From contig NW_027211801.1 of NCBI RefSeq assembly GCF_036971445.1, positions 434,001-498,000 of the forward strand: a DNA stretch of 64,000 nt. The letters are read 5' to 3'. The DNA comes from Narcine bancroftii (lineage: Eukaryota). Below the pieces are notes generated by a model. It saw nothing but the letters and a program-made list of their open reading frames with translations, was not told the origin of the DNA and made no database searches. The stretch's first letter is position 1. The number at the start of each line of letters is the position of its first letter. A program made the position numbers and the translations under genes. Shown here one piece after another: positions 21,000 to 33,700 of this stretch.

Positions 21000-23900
21000 T
21001 TTTTAAAGTATTTTATTTATTCAACATATATAATGTCAAAAAATAAGTGTTTTTGCATGAGTACATAATAAAATATTACAAATATGTACTGACACTTTAT
21101 TTATAAAAGCTAAAATATTAAAATATAAAATCTAAAATAACTACAAATTACAAAATAAAACCATTTATCCACCCTCCCCCAAACTAATCTAATCCCAAAT
21201 CTAAAATATAAGATATTTCATTATCAAACAATTATGTTATTAATTTGGATTCCATCAGTTGAGACACAAAGACCTTAAAAGCATCATGAAGTTGTTTTTT
21301 TAAGGGAAAACTTGACTGGTCAAGATAGAAATTAATAAAATAATTATTTTTATTTCATTATTTCAAATTTGCAAGCATAAATAATATTTATCCTTTAATT
21401 TATCCATATTGTTTCTAATGGAATACAGGTTTGAATCTCTGCGAACCATCTCTCTAATGTTAACGGAACATCAGATTTCCGTGTTGCAGTGACACTTTTC
21501 TTGCTGTTACTAAAACCCACTTAACAAGCTCTCATTGGGAATCTAACAACAATAATTTAGGAGAAACACTTTCAAAATTTCCCAACAAAAGTCATTGAGG
21601 ATTTAAAGGAAAATTTACTCCTGTTTTCAGTTGTAAAAGTTGACTGATAGAAACCCAAAACGGGTTGACCATTGAACAAGACCACATTGAGTGCAGAACA
21701 ATTCCCATTTCTCTTCAACATCTAAAACATGGATCTGATAAATCCAATCTCCATCTAGTCAATTTCTGAGGACTCATATACAATTGATCTAAAAAATTAT
21801 ATGCATTAATCTACATCATACATTAATAGTATTTGTCATAACCTCTTCACACAAATTCCGCCAGATTTGTTGATATATTATCATATCCAAATCTTGTTCC
21901 CTTGTTTTTTTGAATTAAACACACCTACTTTAGGTTTCTGGTCTTTTAATAATATTTATGCAAATAAAATAAACTTTTTAATCATTCCATCAACTATAAT
22001 TTGTTTCAAATGTGAAAGATCTTTTAAAATCATTTCCAGTCCTAATGTCTCTCTCAATTAAGCCCTCGATTGAAAATAACAATGTAATGTATTGTAAGTT
22101 AGACCATATTTAATCATTAATTGGTCAAAAGACATCAATCTATATAAGACTTCCAGGTAATCGCTAAACCATTTCCTTGAAACAGCTGAAGCTGGTCGTA
22201 AAAAAATAATTTGACAATTAACATTTTAATATTTCCTAATAAAATTAATTTTGGGTCTAACAGATGTTTAACCTTTAACACTTGCTGAAAATGCTTCAAT
22301 TTGTATCCAAAATGACTTAACCTTAAATTCAATTAAGTCTTTTTAATAATTGATGTGTTAAATATAATTAATGTTAAAAGTTATGTTGTACTAATCTGTA
22401 TCTTACATTGACAATTTTAGTCATATTATCTTTACATAACATTCTCCAATCATTTTGATCTGTTGTGCTACCTAAATATGTTCCCCACTTTAATCTCGAT
22501 TTATGAATATCGAATTTGGACCATTTTCCTTTGAAGTAATTTATACATTTCTGAAATAAATTTATTAATACCCACTTTAATAAGTAAAATTTCTAACACA
22601 GACTGTCAAGTTATTCTTAAACTTTGACCTAATTTATCAATTAAAAGAGCTTAATCTTGATAATAACAAAAAAAGGTATTTATTTGGAACATTATATTTT
22701 TCTTTCTTTAGTTGAAAAGAAACAAAATAACCAGCTTCAAAACAATCTTTTATTATTTAAATCCTCATTTGTTTCCATATCTTTCAAAATTAATTATTAC
22801 CAATCAAAGGAAAAAGTTTATTTTGATATCAAGGTGTTTTACCTGAAATCTTAGCTTTCCCACCAATCTCACAATCTATTTTATTGTATAATTTAATTAA
22901 ATGTGTCAGTATAGAAGGGTCCGTATTACCAATTAATCATCTGGTGTTCAATTTATAAAGAAATTCTAGGATAGATTTTTAAAATCTATTTTAGTGACTT
23001 GTATAATGTCCCATGTTAAATATTTACCTCAATCAAATTTTCCATTAATAAATTTCAACTAAGCAACTTTATAATCATATTGAAAATGTGGAATCTGTAA
23101 ACCTCTTAGTTAAAATTTTGAAGTTAATTTCTCTCAGGATTCATTTACCATTTTACCTTTCCCCAAAAATGTCCTCATTATTAAATTTAGATCCTTAAGT
23201 TTTTTTGAGGTATATTGAAAGGAATGAATTGCAAAAGATATTGAATCCTTGGGAAATTATCCATCTTGATACAATTCACTCAACCTATTAAAGTTTTAGG
23301 AAAATCATTCCATCTATTCAGATCCTCTTTAATTTTATTAAATAATGGTAAATACTGATTGATGAAGGCCAATATGCCAAAACCTATCTTTACAACCCTA
23401 TCGACCTGTGACGACACTTTCAGGGAATTATCCATCTGTATTCCAAATGAGCAGACAATGTTTTTTAAATTGGGAGATAATTGAAAAGACTCAGATACAA
23501 ATGGTCCTGGGAATCCTCGTGCAGGATCGTCTGAAGGTAAACTTGCAGGTTGAGACGGTGTTGAAGAACACAAATTGAATGCTGGCAGTCACTTCAAGAG
23601 GAATGGAATACAAATGGAGTCCAAAGCAGCAGAACAAAGGGGAACATGGCCCTTTATAGTTTTGCAGGCAGTATTGGGGGGGGGGGGGGTGGGGCAATTA
23701 CTCAGGGCTGGCTGGGTCCTGTTGGCTGCTGCGTCAATGGCTCCAAGTACAGTGCAGTGGCTCAGCAGGGGTCATTTTCCTGGGCCAATTGGGTGAAGGT
23801 AAGGGCTGAGTCTGGGCAGGTTCTCTGGACTGTAGCCCCTGCTGATTGAGGTGGGCCAATCGCAAGGGTCACACAATTTTTGTATATATTATTCATTAAA

Positions 23901-24910
23901 AATAGAATATACAGACATGTTGGAATAACAGATATACAAAACATTTTCACCCTTTCCCCCCCTCAACCCCTCACTCATACCTGGCCTCCTACAAACTACC
24001 CCAAATAAAATATAATGGAGTTAACATGCATATGTTTGTTTATTTTTTCACTGCTGTGGTGGGTGCCTGCTCTTTCCAATAAAAACCTTGTAACACTACT
24101 AAACCCATATATTTCATATATGGATTGCAAACTTTAATAAATAAAGAACAATTATCGGGTAAATTATAACTTATCTTTTCCAATGGAATACACGATCATA
24201 ACTCAGATGCCATCTCAGGAAATTCAGCCTAATCTCATTTTTTCAAGTAATTACTATACATTTTCTCGGCACCGCTAAGGCCAGTCGGATAAATGCAATC
24301 TGGAATTCTCCAATTTTATACCCAATATCCATGTTGTGCTTTATCCAAGTTAAAATAACATCGGATCAAGTTCCAACTTAAACTTCATCAGACCTTACAC
24401 AAATTCCAAAATTCTACACCAAAAATATTTCACCCAATCACAAGGATCACCTTGATGGCTTGGGTTGGGTCTTGATCAGGATTGACATGTAATCTATCTT
24501 CCGAATAGGAGTGCCGAAGTGCCACCCTGTGGTAGCACCAGCATCTCATTTACAAGCATTTAAACTGACCTATTTTTTAAATACTGAGTTTAATCTCCCT
24601 CAACCAAAGGCATAATTCCACTTTTATCCCAATTAATTTAATAACCTGATATTTCGCCATATTCCTTTAATCACATATACAACAAACACAAAGAATTTTC
24701 AGGGTCTGTTCAATAAATCTAATCATCATCTACTAATAAATTAATCTTCAATTCATCAGAATTAACTTTAAACCCTTTAATATTCATAACTTGTCTTATC
24801 CAATAAAAACCTTGTAACACTAGGTTCAACAGCTAAATCAAATAAAGCTGGGCAGAAAGGACATCCTTATCTCTGATCTAGTAAATAAAAAAGCTGACTA
24901 TATTTGTCCC
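21000..24910 (-). mobile_element. Several decayed L1 fragments with small CR1 pieces
   Basis: AT-rich; minus-strand L1 ORF2 motifs (LPLFNKIKEDLNRW..P.TLIG, LDPKLILLGNI). Confidence 0.7.
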
Positions 24911-24959
24911 TTTGTCAGGGTTAATGACAGGGCGGGGGGGGGGGGGGGGGGGTTGGTAG

Positions 24960-25995
24960 TGAGGGTTGTGATGGGATGAAAGGCTATTAAAGTGGCAGCA
25001 GATGATTGCATCTCAGACTGTAGTCCTGTGACTAGTGGTTTGTTTCAGGGGTCAGGCTAGGGGCATTGCTGTTTGTCCTAACAATGCTCTGGGTGATCAT
25101 GTGGTAAATTGGATCAGTAAGTTTGGAGATGACACTAAGATTGGAGGCATTGTGGACAGCGAGGAAGGTTTGCAAAGCTTGCAGAGGAATCTGGACTAGC
25201 TGGAAAAGTGGGCTGTAAAAGAGCAGATGGAATTTAGTGCAGACAAGTGTGAGGTGCTGTACTTTGGAAGGACAAACCAAGAAAAGACATACACGGTGAA
25301 TGGTCGGGCCCTGAGGAGTGGGGTCGAACAGAGGCACCTAGGAATACAGATACATCTTTCCCTGAAGTGCGGTCAAAGGTGGAGAGGGTCGTAAAGAGAG
25401 CTTTTAGCATTTTGGCCTTCATAAATCAAAGTATTGAGTGCAGGAGTGGGGATATTGTTGTCAAGTTTTATACGACATTGGTGCAGTCAAAAGTGGAGAA
25501 ATGTGTGGAGTTTTAGTCATTGAAATACAGGAAAGATTGAAGAGAGCAGATAAGAATTAGAAGGAAGTGGCTGGAATTCTGGAACTGAATCACAGGGAAG
25601 GGTTAGACAGGTGAGGACTTCATTCCCTGGAGCATATTAATGAGGGAGATTTGATCAAGGTTTTTTTAAATTACGAGGGGTATAGAGAGAGTAAATGTAG
25701 ATAAGCATTTTCCTGAAAATGGAGGACATGGGCTAAGAATGAAAGGAGAAAAGTTTGGGGAACATGAGGGGGAACCTCTTCATACACAGAGTAGAGGGAG
25801 TGTGGAATGAGCTGACAGCTGAAGTGGTGAATGTGGGACCAGTTTTAACATTGAAGAAGTATTTGGAGACGTACATGGATTTGAAGCTATAGAGGGTAAC
25901 GGAATGGGTGCAGGTCAGTGGGACAAGGCAGAATCTCATTTGGCACAGATGAGATGGGCTGAAGTGTTTGTTTCTGTGCTCTAATTTTCTCTGGT
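24960..25995 (+). mobile_element. CR1 LINE 3' part
   Basis: Decayed RT/C-terminal region (agtaagtttggagatgacactaagattggagg...). Confidence 0.8.
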
Positions 25996-27498
25996 ACTAG
26001 AATGGCCAAAAACCCCATCTGCAGTTAGTTCCATCTGCACCACACTGGTCCGAGATGATTGATGGATATTTTCTAAATTCTTAGGACTTCAGGCTTGTTG
26101 TGGGAAGGGTTGTGGCTGTCATGTGACAGCACTGCCCCCCTACATTGTCGGAGGACACACCAGCTGCCAATCAAGCTCTGGTTCTGCCCCACCCAAGAGT
26201 GCGCACCTTGCTGTTGGCCACATGGAAATGACTTGGACTGGACACTGCAGCCTGTCTGTACTTGGCCTTGGACCATTGGCTATTTTAATTAGATTAATCC
26301 TCCTGCCACTGAGCTATTGGCGTCAGTAAATGATGTGGGTTTGTCTCTCCAGCATTATAAAGGTAGCATGTCTCCTTGAGTACTATTTGGGGGGACAGTC
26401 CGGCTAAGAAGGCAGCGGTGACTGTAACTCTGGCTCAGAGTCAGCTTATGCAGCCCAGAAGGGAAGGGAAAGGAGGAGGAGGGCTATAGTTATTGGGGAT
26501 TCAATGGTCAGGAGGACTGATGGGGGTTTTAGTGGATACGATAGAGGAAACCGGATGGTTGTTTGCTGCCCTGGTGCTAGTATCTGGGATGTAACTATGC
26601 ATATCCAAGGCATCCTAAAAGGGGAGGGTAATGAACCAGAGGTCGTGTTACATGTTGGTCCCAATGATATTGGGAGGAAGGAGGAAGTGTTCCTAAGGAA
26701 TGAATATAGGGAGTTAGGTTTGGAGCTCCGAAGAAGAATCGCAAAGTGAGTAATATTTGGATTACTTCCTGTACCACGTGATAGTGAGGGTAGAAATAGA
26801 ATCAGGTGTGTGAGAGATGGGAAAATTGACCTAAAATTATGAACATGGAAGAAACTAAAGTTCATCAGTAAAATGGCTGAAACCAGTTCAAACAGGATAA
26901 GTTTGGGGCTTAGGATGCAGGAAAGCAGAGTCAGCACGATTAACATAAGAATCTTCTATCCTTTGTGACAAGACCATAGGACTAAGATAAGGAATGGTAA
27001 GGTACAATAGAATGTAGGAAGTTGAGGTAGTCTGGATCAGATAAGGGTCTCCTAGCCCTGGACAGAAGTACCAAGTCATACATTTCTAATTAGCTAACCA
27101 TACACAGATTTATACATATGAAATTAGCCAACCCTAGATAGAATGAGTCAACTCTGCATATTAAGAGACTGTAGCCCAGAGAATCAGGAAGGTGTGAATA
27201 AGGACAATGACATGATGGGGCACCCACAGGATACCCCCTGGTCTTCCAAGTGTACTGAAACTGCACGTAGGCAGGAAGAATTACCTATGCCAAACCCATC
27301 CAGGGGCAGAAGAATGTAAGGGGGAGGGCATTCTGATACTGAAATTGACTGTATAAAAGTTGGGTGAGCCCCAGTATGTGTGTGTATTCCCAGGGTAAGG
27401 GGAAGCACCCAACTTTGCATTGTTGTAGTAATAAATGTTCTTTGTTCTCAATTTTTGTCTCGAGCAATTTCTTTAAAGGTACTTTAATTCCTAACAAA

Positions 27499-27516
27499 TG
27501 GGGGCTCGTCCGGGAT
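27499..27516 (+). promoter_or_regulatory. tRNA-Pro primer binding site
   Basis: 18-nt TGGGGGCTCGTCCGGGAT two bases after the 5' LTR. Confidence 0.95.
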
Positions 27517-27720
27517 CACACTCCCTCCACTGACAGAGTACCCCGACGACGAGAGTAGGTGCACCCCGGCTGATTCAGCTGGACTCACGGGCGACGGGTG
27601 GCTGGTCAGTGGAAGAAGCGAGTGATATCCGAGAAGAGGCATTGAGAACAAACGGCGGAAGGACGCGCGCTAGAGCAGTACTGCCAGAACTCGGTAAGAG
27701 TATTTTACTTGTTCCTAAGT

Positions 27721-28821
27721 ATGGGAATAGCGGGCAGTAGAGATGAGAGTCCTGACACAGGACGTGACCACCAGATAGCTACGTACAGCCCGCTTGGGAT
27801 GATGTTATCTGAGTGGGGCACAGGAAAGACCCGCGGTAAAGACAAACTGACGACGGTCAGGTATTGTTGTAATGAATGGGTGGGATACCCGGTTAAAGGG
27901 AGCTCCGTGTACTGGCCAAAATTCGGATCCGAGGATGAATGGATGTGTGAAGTTTGAACTTATGGCTCTATCAAAACCAGCCAGACAATGTTGAGAGCAG
28001 GGAATATGCAGCCTGCTGGCTCAAGGGATCCATTGAACAGCTGGTTTTGAATGAGAAAGAATCCAGGGATAAGAGAGAGGAGGAATCTCGTGTCCCTGAA
28101 TCACAGGGTTGGGATGTGTTACATTCCCTCCCTCCACCCTATGTTCCTCCTATGCCGGCTCCTATCTTTCCTTCCCCTCCTATGACCTACCCTTCTGCAC
28201 CTTCCCCACCTCCCCCACCACTAGAGAAGAGAGAAGAGAGCAGGAGTGGTATGATAACTTGCTCACAAAGCACTCGATTACCACCTCTGTTGGCAGGAGA
28301 GAGAGGTAACTTTAATTCAGAACAGCGTGAGACTCTTCAGGAAGAAAGGGCAGAACCCTTTGATTCATTTCCCAGGGAGCAGGAACCCAGACCTAATAAG
28401 CTAGAAACCAATTGGATGAGACCACTGTGGGAAGTTCCCATGGGAGAGGGTCTCGGTTTCGTAAATGTGCCCCTGACCAGTACTGAAGTGTGTAACTTTA
28501 AGAAAGAACTGACCTCCCTGATAGAAGATCCCCAGGGATGTGCTGAACAGTTAGACCAATTTTTGGGACCAAATATATATACAATATGGGGGTCTCGACA
28601 TAGAATCCCCAGCAGGGGAACAATTGGTACTAACAGGTTTTGTTACCAACTCAGCCCCAGACATTAAGAGAAAATTACAAAAGACAGAAAATTGGCATGA
28701 GCAGGGAATAACCCAGCTTCTACAGATCACACAAAAAGCATTTGTCCAGACATCTGAGGATAAGCAGAAAGCAAAGGCTAACATTTTGATGCAAGCAGTT
28801 AAAGTAATAGTAGATGAGTAA
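27721..28821 (+). pseudogene. gag: Retroviral gag, frameshifted and truncated
   Basis: Starts MG; matrix SPLGMML..YCC..WPKFGS; late domains PPPY and PSAP; capsid GFVNVPLTSTEV..LDQFLGP. Confidence 0.88.
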
Positions 28822-30469
28822 CATGGAAAAGGCAGGGACTGTGTGCCAGCTCCTGAATGTTGGGAGAAGTGCAGGGAGTGGGAGAGTAGAGACCAGAGAT
28901 AATTTCATAAATCACGACTTCCCACTTCAGTCACTGACCAATATTGATTAAAATTAATGCTAAAATTTAAATGTCATAAAGGATCATTTTTCAATACTGA
29001 AGAATTAGCGAATTTAACTACCAGTTAATTCCAATTTATGAAATAAATTGTATTCAAATGTGATTTTGCACAGGGACTACCTGAGAATAGTGATGTTATA
29101 ACATTTGCAGGGAGAAATGTTTGCGCAAATAGGGTGAGTTCTATACATCTTAACTTTAAGTGTATGTGAGATAAAGAAAGGATCTGATGTGTAAAGTGGC
29201 TGGATCAGCCAGTTGAAGGGGGAGTGTGCATGTCCCTTTAAGTGCACTGTGGCACTTGAAATTGAGGCTTCAGGCTCTTGTCTTGCAGTTAGAGGTATGG
29301 AGCCCTATCAACACATTTAATACATTTCTTCTACACATTCAGCAGTCAAGGTCCGTGAGTTTAAAGATCACCCACCTCTGGAGAATAAAGATACCTCTGG
29401 GGATTCCTATGGGGATTCCTATAAGTTTAATCATTCATTTCTCTGGTGCATTTTCCTCTGGAGTGAAATTAATGCCTCAGCACAATTTCTCTGTATTGCC
29501 GCTGTTATTTAATTCATGATAACTTTCCCCCATTCATCAGGTTTATATTTAAATCCGGTAGTGCGGAAGTTACATTGTAAATAATCACGGAGGTAAATCC
29601 TGCGCAACTGGATTCAGCTTAATGGAGAAATAAACCTGCGAACTGGTCTATGGTGGTGTGTGAGTACTGCAATAGGTGGAATATGATTTAAATTGGTGGC
29701 ATAGTTCAGAACAATTGGGTGCATAAGAATAATAATATCATTAAGAACTCACAGATCTTGTACCAGATGCTATTCAGTACATCTTGACTTAAGGACTGGA
29801 GAAATTGGCATGTTAGAATGAGATTGGCATGGTACCAATATTTCTTGATTCAATAATGACTCCACAAGCTCCAGGATTCATGCAGCAGAACTTTTAAGTG
29901 GAATATAATAGAAACTAGCCTGTACTTAAATTATTGTGTGTGCAATCTTCATAAGAACATCTTTTAACTTTTTTTTGGTGCCTGTTTTACAGACTGTTTT
30001 AAATAAGGCCAGCTCCTGTGAGCTGTGGCACAAGGCATTTTACTTAAAGCAGAACTAAAGGTTGAATATGTTTCAAGTTCTCTTGCAGGGGCTCTTGTGC
30101 TGCAATGTCTGTTATGTACTCACTCTAACAAGTTGGAGGGTTGTGCCCCATACAGACAAGCAGCTCCAACTGCATTTTAATAAGGTCTAACATATTCAAA
30201 ACCCATGCAAATATGGTTTGTGTTTCATTTTACAATTTTTACACTAACACAAAGGAAAGTCAGATTGTTATTCATTTTATTAAAATCTAGTGATTGGTTA
30301 TATGTAAAAGCATGGCAAGAGGATCAACTAAAACCTGCCTGGGATGGTCCCTTCTGTGTACTTTTAATTACAGACACCGCAGTAAGAACAAGAGAGAAAG
30401 GCTGGACCCACATTCAAAGAATTAATGACAAAGTGCCATAATGTTACAATTTTATTCGTTTTTTTTAAT

Positions 30470-30760
30470 GGTTTATTCAGTTTTGTGTATTTTATTGCTG
30501 TTTTCAATGAGCTTTACATTTATCGTGGTTTATTCAGTTTTTGTGTATTTTATTGCTGTTTTCAATGAGCTTTACATTTATCGTGGTTTATTCAGTTTTT
30601 GTGTATTTTATTGCTGTTTTCAATGAGCTTTACATTTATCGTGGTTTATTCAGTTTTTGTGTATTTTATTGCTGTTTTCAATGAGCTTTACATTTATTGT
30701 TGTTTATTCAGTTATTGTTATATTTTATTGCTGCTTTCAATGGGTTTTACTTTCATTGTT
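30470..30760 (+). repeat. 58-bp tandem repeat, about 5 copies, inside the ERV
   Basis: Unit gtttattcagtttttgtgtattttattgctgttttcaatgagctttacatttatcgtg. Confidence 0.92.
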
Positions 30761-33700
30761 GTTTTACTCATTTTTTGGAATATTGTTCGTTAATGTTTTA
30801 AGTCCCCCTGGAATAGGGGCAGCAGAGGTTACAATTGTGCTCCTTTAGAATGTAGACAGGGCATAGATTTAATGTATAGTCATAATGGGATATAAGGGAT
30901 CCCAATACGGACCAGGGGAATTAAACAGCTTTAGTGGAGTACATCTAATTTGTATCATAGCCTACACAGGTATTAAAGACAGGAGTTTTGAAGCGATAGC
31001 ACAAAGGACATGGTGGGACAAAGACAGACAGAATGGTAGTCAGCATTGTACATGTAACAGAGAGAGAGAGAGTTAATACATATGCTAATGTACACAGACA
31101 GGCTGCAACTCACAAGTTCAATGATATATATGCTAATGTTAGCAGACAAGCTGCAACACACAGTTAAATCACAAGAAACAATCCCCCCCCTGCTTGGTCA
31201 CTTTTCATCACCCCATGAAAGGGAGCACCAGTTTCCAACAACGTGAGCTGCTTGACACTTTAATATCAGGCTCCAAACAGCCTTCGGAGATCGGTGGCCC
31301 TAGGGTTCGGGGCTGAAGAGGACATCAGATACGAGCCACAATCAAACGGAACCGCCTGACTACTGCTACTCGTTCGCTGCTGAAGGCAGCGCTTCTCATA
31401 GACTGCTACTTGTTCGCTGCTGAAGGCAGCGCCTCTCACAGACTTCGTCGGGACAACACTTACAAAGGTCGTGTGCTTCAAAGACACTGCTTCAATATTT
31501 CAACGTATGGGATGGACTAGACTCTTTACTGAGAACTGGAGCCTGATACTCCAAACCCTAATAAGCAGCTGGACTCACTCCCCTGACCTTCATGGTGCTC
31601 CCCTACCTAAAGACTTTACACAGACATTACAATTCGGTTATTGACCAGCTGGGTAAAACTACACCTTACACTTGAAAGATCAGTGTTACTGATCTAAAAG
31701 AAAAGTGAGGAGAGGGGGGGGGGATCAGTCACACTGACACTAGTAACCAAAGATCAGTAACACTGATCATGGTGAAAGATCAGTATTACTGATCTAAAAG
31801 AAAAGTGAGGATTGTGAGAGATGGGAAAATTGACCTAAAATTATGAACATGGAAGAAACTAAAGTTCATCAGTAAAATGGCTGAAACCAGTTCAAACAGG
31901 ATAAGTTTGGGGCTTAGGATGCAGGAAAGCAGAGTCAGCACGATTAACATAAGAATCTTCTATCCTTTGTGACAAGACCATAGGACTAAGATAAGGAATG
32001 GTAAGGTACAATAGAATGTAGGAAGTTGAGGTAGTCTGGATCAGATAAGGGTCTCCTAGCCCTGGACAGAAGTACCAAGTCATACATTTCTAATTAGCTA
32101 ACCATACACAGATTTATACATATGAAATTAGCCAACCCTAGATAGAATGAGTCAACTCTGCATATTAAGAGACTGTAGCCCAGAGAATCAGGAAGGTGTG
32201 AATAAGGACAATGACATGATGGGGCACCCACAGGATATCCCCTGGTCCTCCAAGTGTACTGAAACTGCACGTAGGCAGGAAGAATTACCTATGCCAAACC
32301 CATCCAGGGGGCAGAAGAATGTAAGGGGGAGGGCATTCTGATACTGAAATTGACTGTATAAAAGTTGGGTGAGCCCCAGTATGTGTGTGTATTCGCAGGG
32401 TAAGGGGAAGCACCCAACTTTGCATTGTTGTAGTAATAAATGTTCTTTGTTCTCAATTTTTGTCTCGAGCAATTTCTTTAAAGGTACTTTAATTCCTAAC
32501 AGGTGGATGCTGAATGCGTGGCTAAAGTGCTGGAGTAATGGGCAGGGATTCGAGTTCTTGGATCACTGGGACCTATTTTAGGGGAAAGGCCCATTTAAGG
32601 GAGGAGAGCAGAGAGAGTTATTGTAGGTGAAGGGAAAAGGCTTATTCATAAAATTTGGGGGTGGAATCACAGTTGATTGAGGAGGAGAGGGATAGATTCT
32701 ATGATGGAAAACAGAGGAAGGTGACAAATAATAGTGTGGATGACCGAGAGGGGGATAGGCAGAAGGTAAGATGTGGGAAGGCTCTGAAATGAATTTACTT
32801 CAATATAAGGAAGGTAGACAAGCTGAAGGGGTGGCTATACAATTGGCAGTATGATGTGGCAGCAATTAGTGGGACGTGGTTGAAGGAGGGTTGCAACTGG
32901 TAGTTAAATATTCCGGGATCTCTCTGCTTTAGGTGTGATAGAATTGGAGGGATGGGGATGGTTGCATTACTCGTCAAGGAGGATATTACAGCGCTACTGA
33001 GGCATGATACATAAGAGGGCAAGTCAAGGGAGGCACTGTGGGTGGAATAAAAAAAATAATAGAGGTGAGGTTATGCTTATAGGGGTGTATTATAGACGAC
33101 CAAATGGGGAGAGGGAACGAGAAGAGGAAATGCGCAGTGAAATAGTTGAGATGTGCAGTAAGCACAGGGTTCTGTTAGTTGGGGATTTTAATTTTCCTAA
33201 CATAGATTGGGTAACGTAGACAGTGAGTGGGCTGGATGGATTAGAGTTTGTAAAATGTGTGCAGGAGTGCTTTTTGCATCAATATGTTGAGGTGCCCACT
33301 AGAGAAGGGGCAGTGTTAGATCGACTGTTGGGGAATGGAATAGGGCAGGTGAAGGAGGTGTGCATTGGGGAGCACTTCAGATCCAGTGATGATGGTACCA
33401 TTAATTTCAGCAAAAGGGATTGATCTGGTCCGACGATGAAGGTCTTTGTGTGGGGGAAAGCCAGATTCAAAGAAATGAGAAGGGACATGTAGGGAGTAGT
33501 TTGGACTGATCTTTTTTTCTGGAGAGGACGCTGAGGAGAATTGGAGAGCATTTAAAGGTGAGATTTTGAGAGCACAGACTATTATGTTCCTGTCAGGACA
33601 AAAGCCAAGGCCAAATGTTCATGGGAGCCATGGTTTTGTAGAGAGATTAGGAAGATGGTTCAGGATAAGAGGGAGGACTACGTTGAATACAAGAAACAAA

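Larger units (their letters stand above)
26809..32501 (+). mobile_element. Class I (gamma-like, HERV-I/IP-related) endogenous retrovirus, internally deleted provirus
   Basis: LTRs 26809-27496 and 31813-32501 differ by about 3 substitutions and 1 indel; 4-bp TSD GGTG; PBS TGGGGGCTCGTCCGGGAT; gag remnant; integrase C-terminal remnant (AWDGPFCVLLITDTAVR); no env recognised. Confidence 0.95.

Noticed and set aside
24930-24952. Poly-G runs here and near 23676
   Set aside because: Simple homopolymers at TE junctions with no supporting context
30441-30848. Hydrophobic ORFs suggesting a membrane protein or env; also superficially an array
   Set aside because: Translation artefacts of a T-rich 58-bp tandem repeat; there are no unique spacers, so not CRISPR-like
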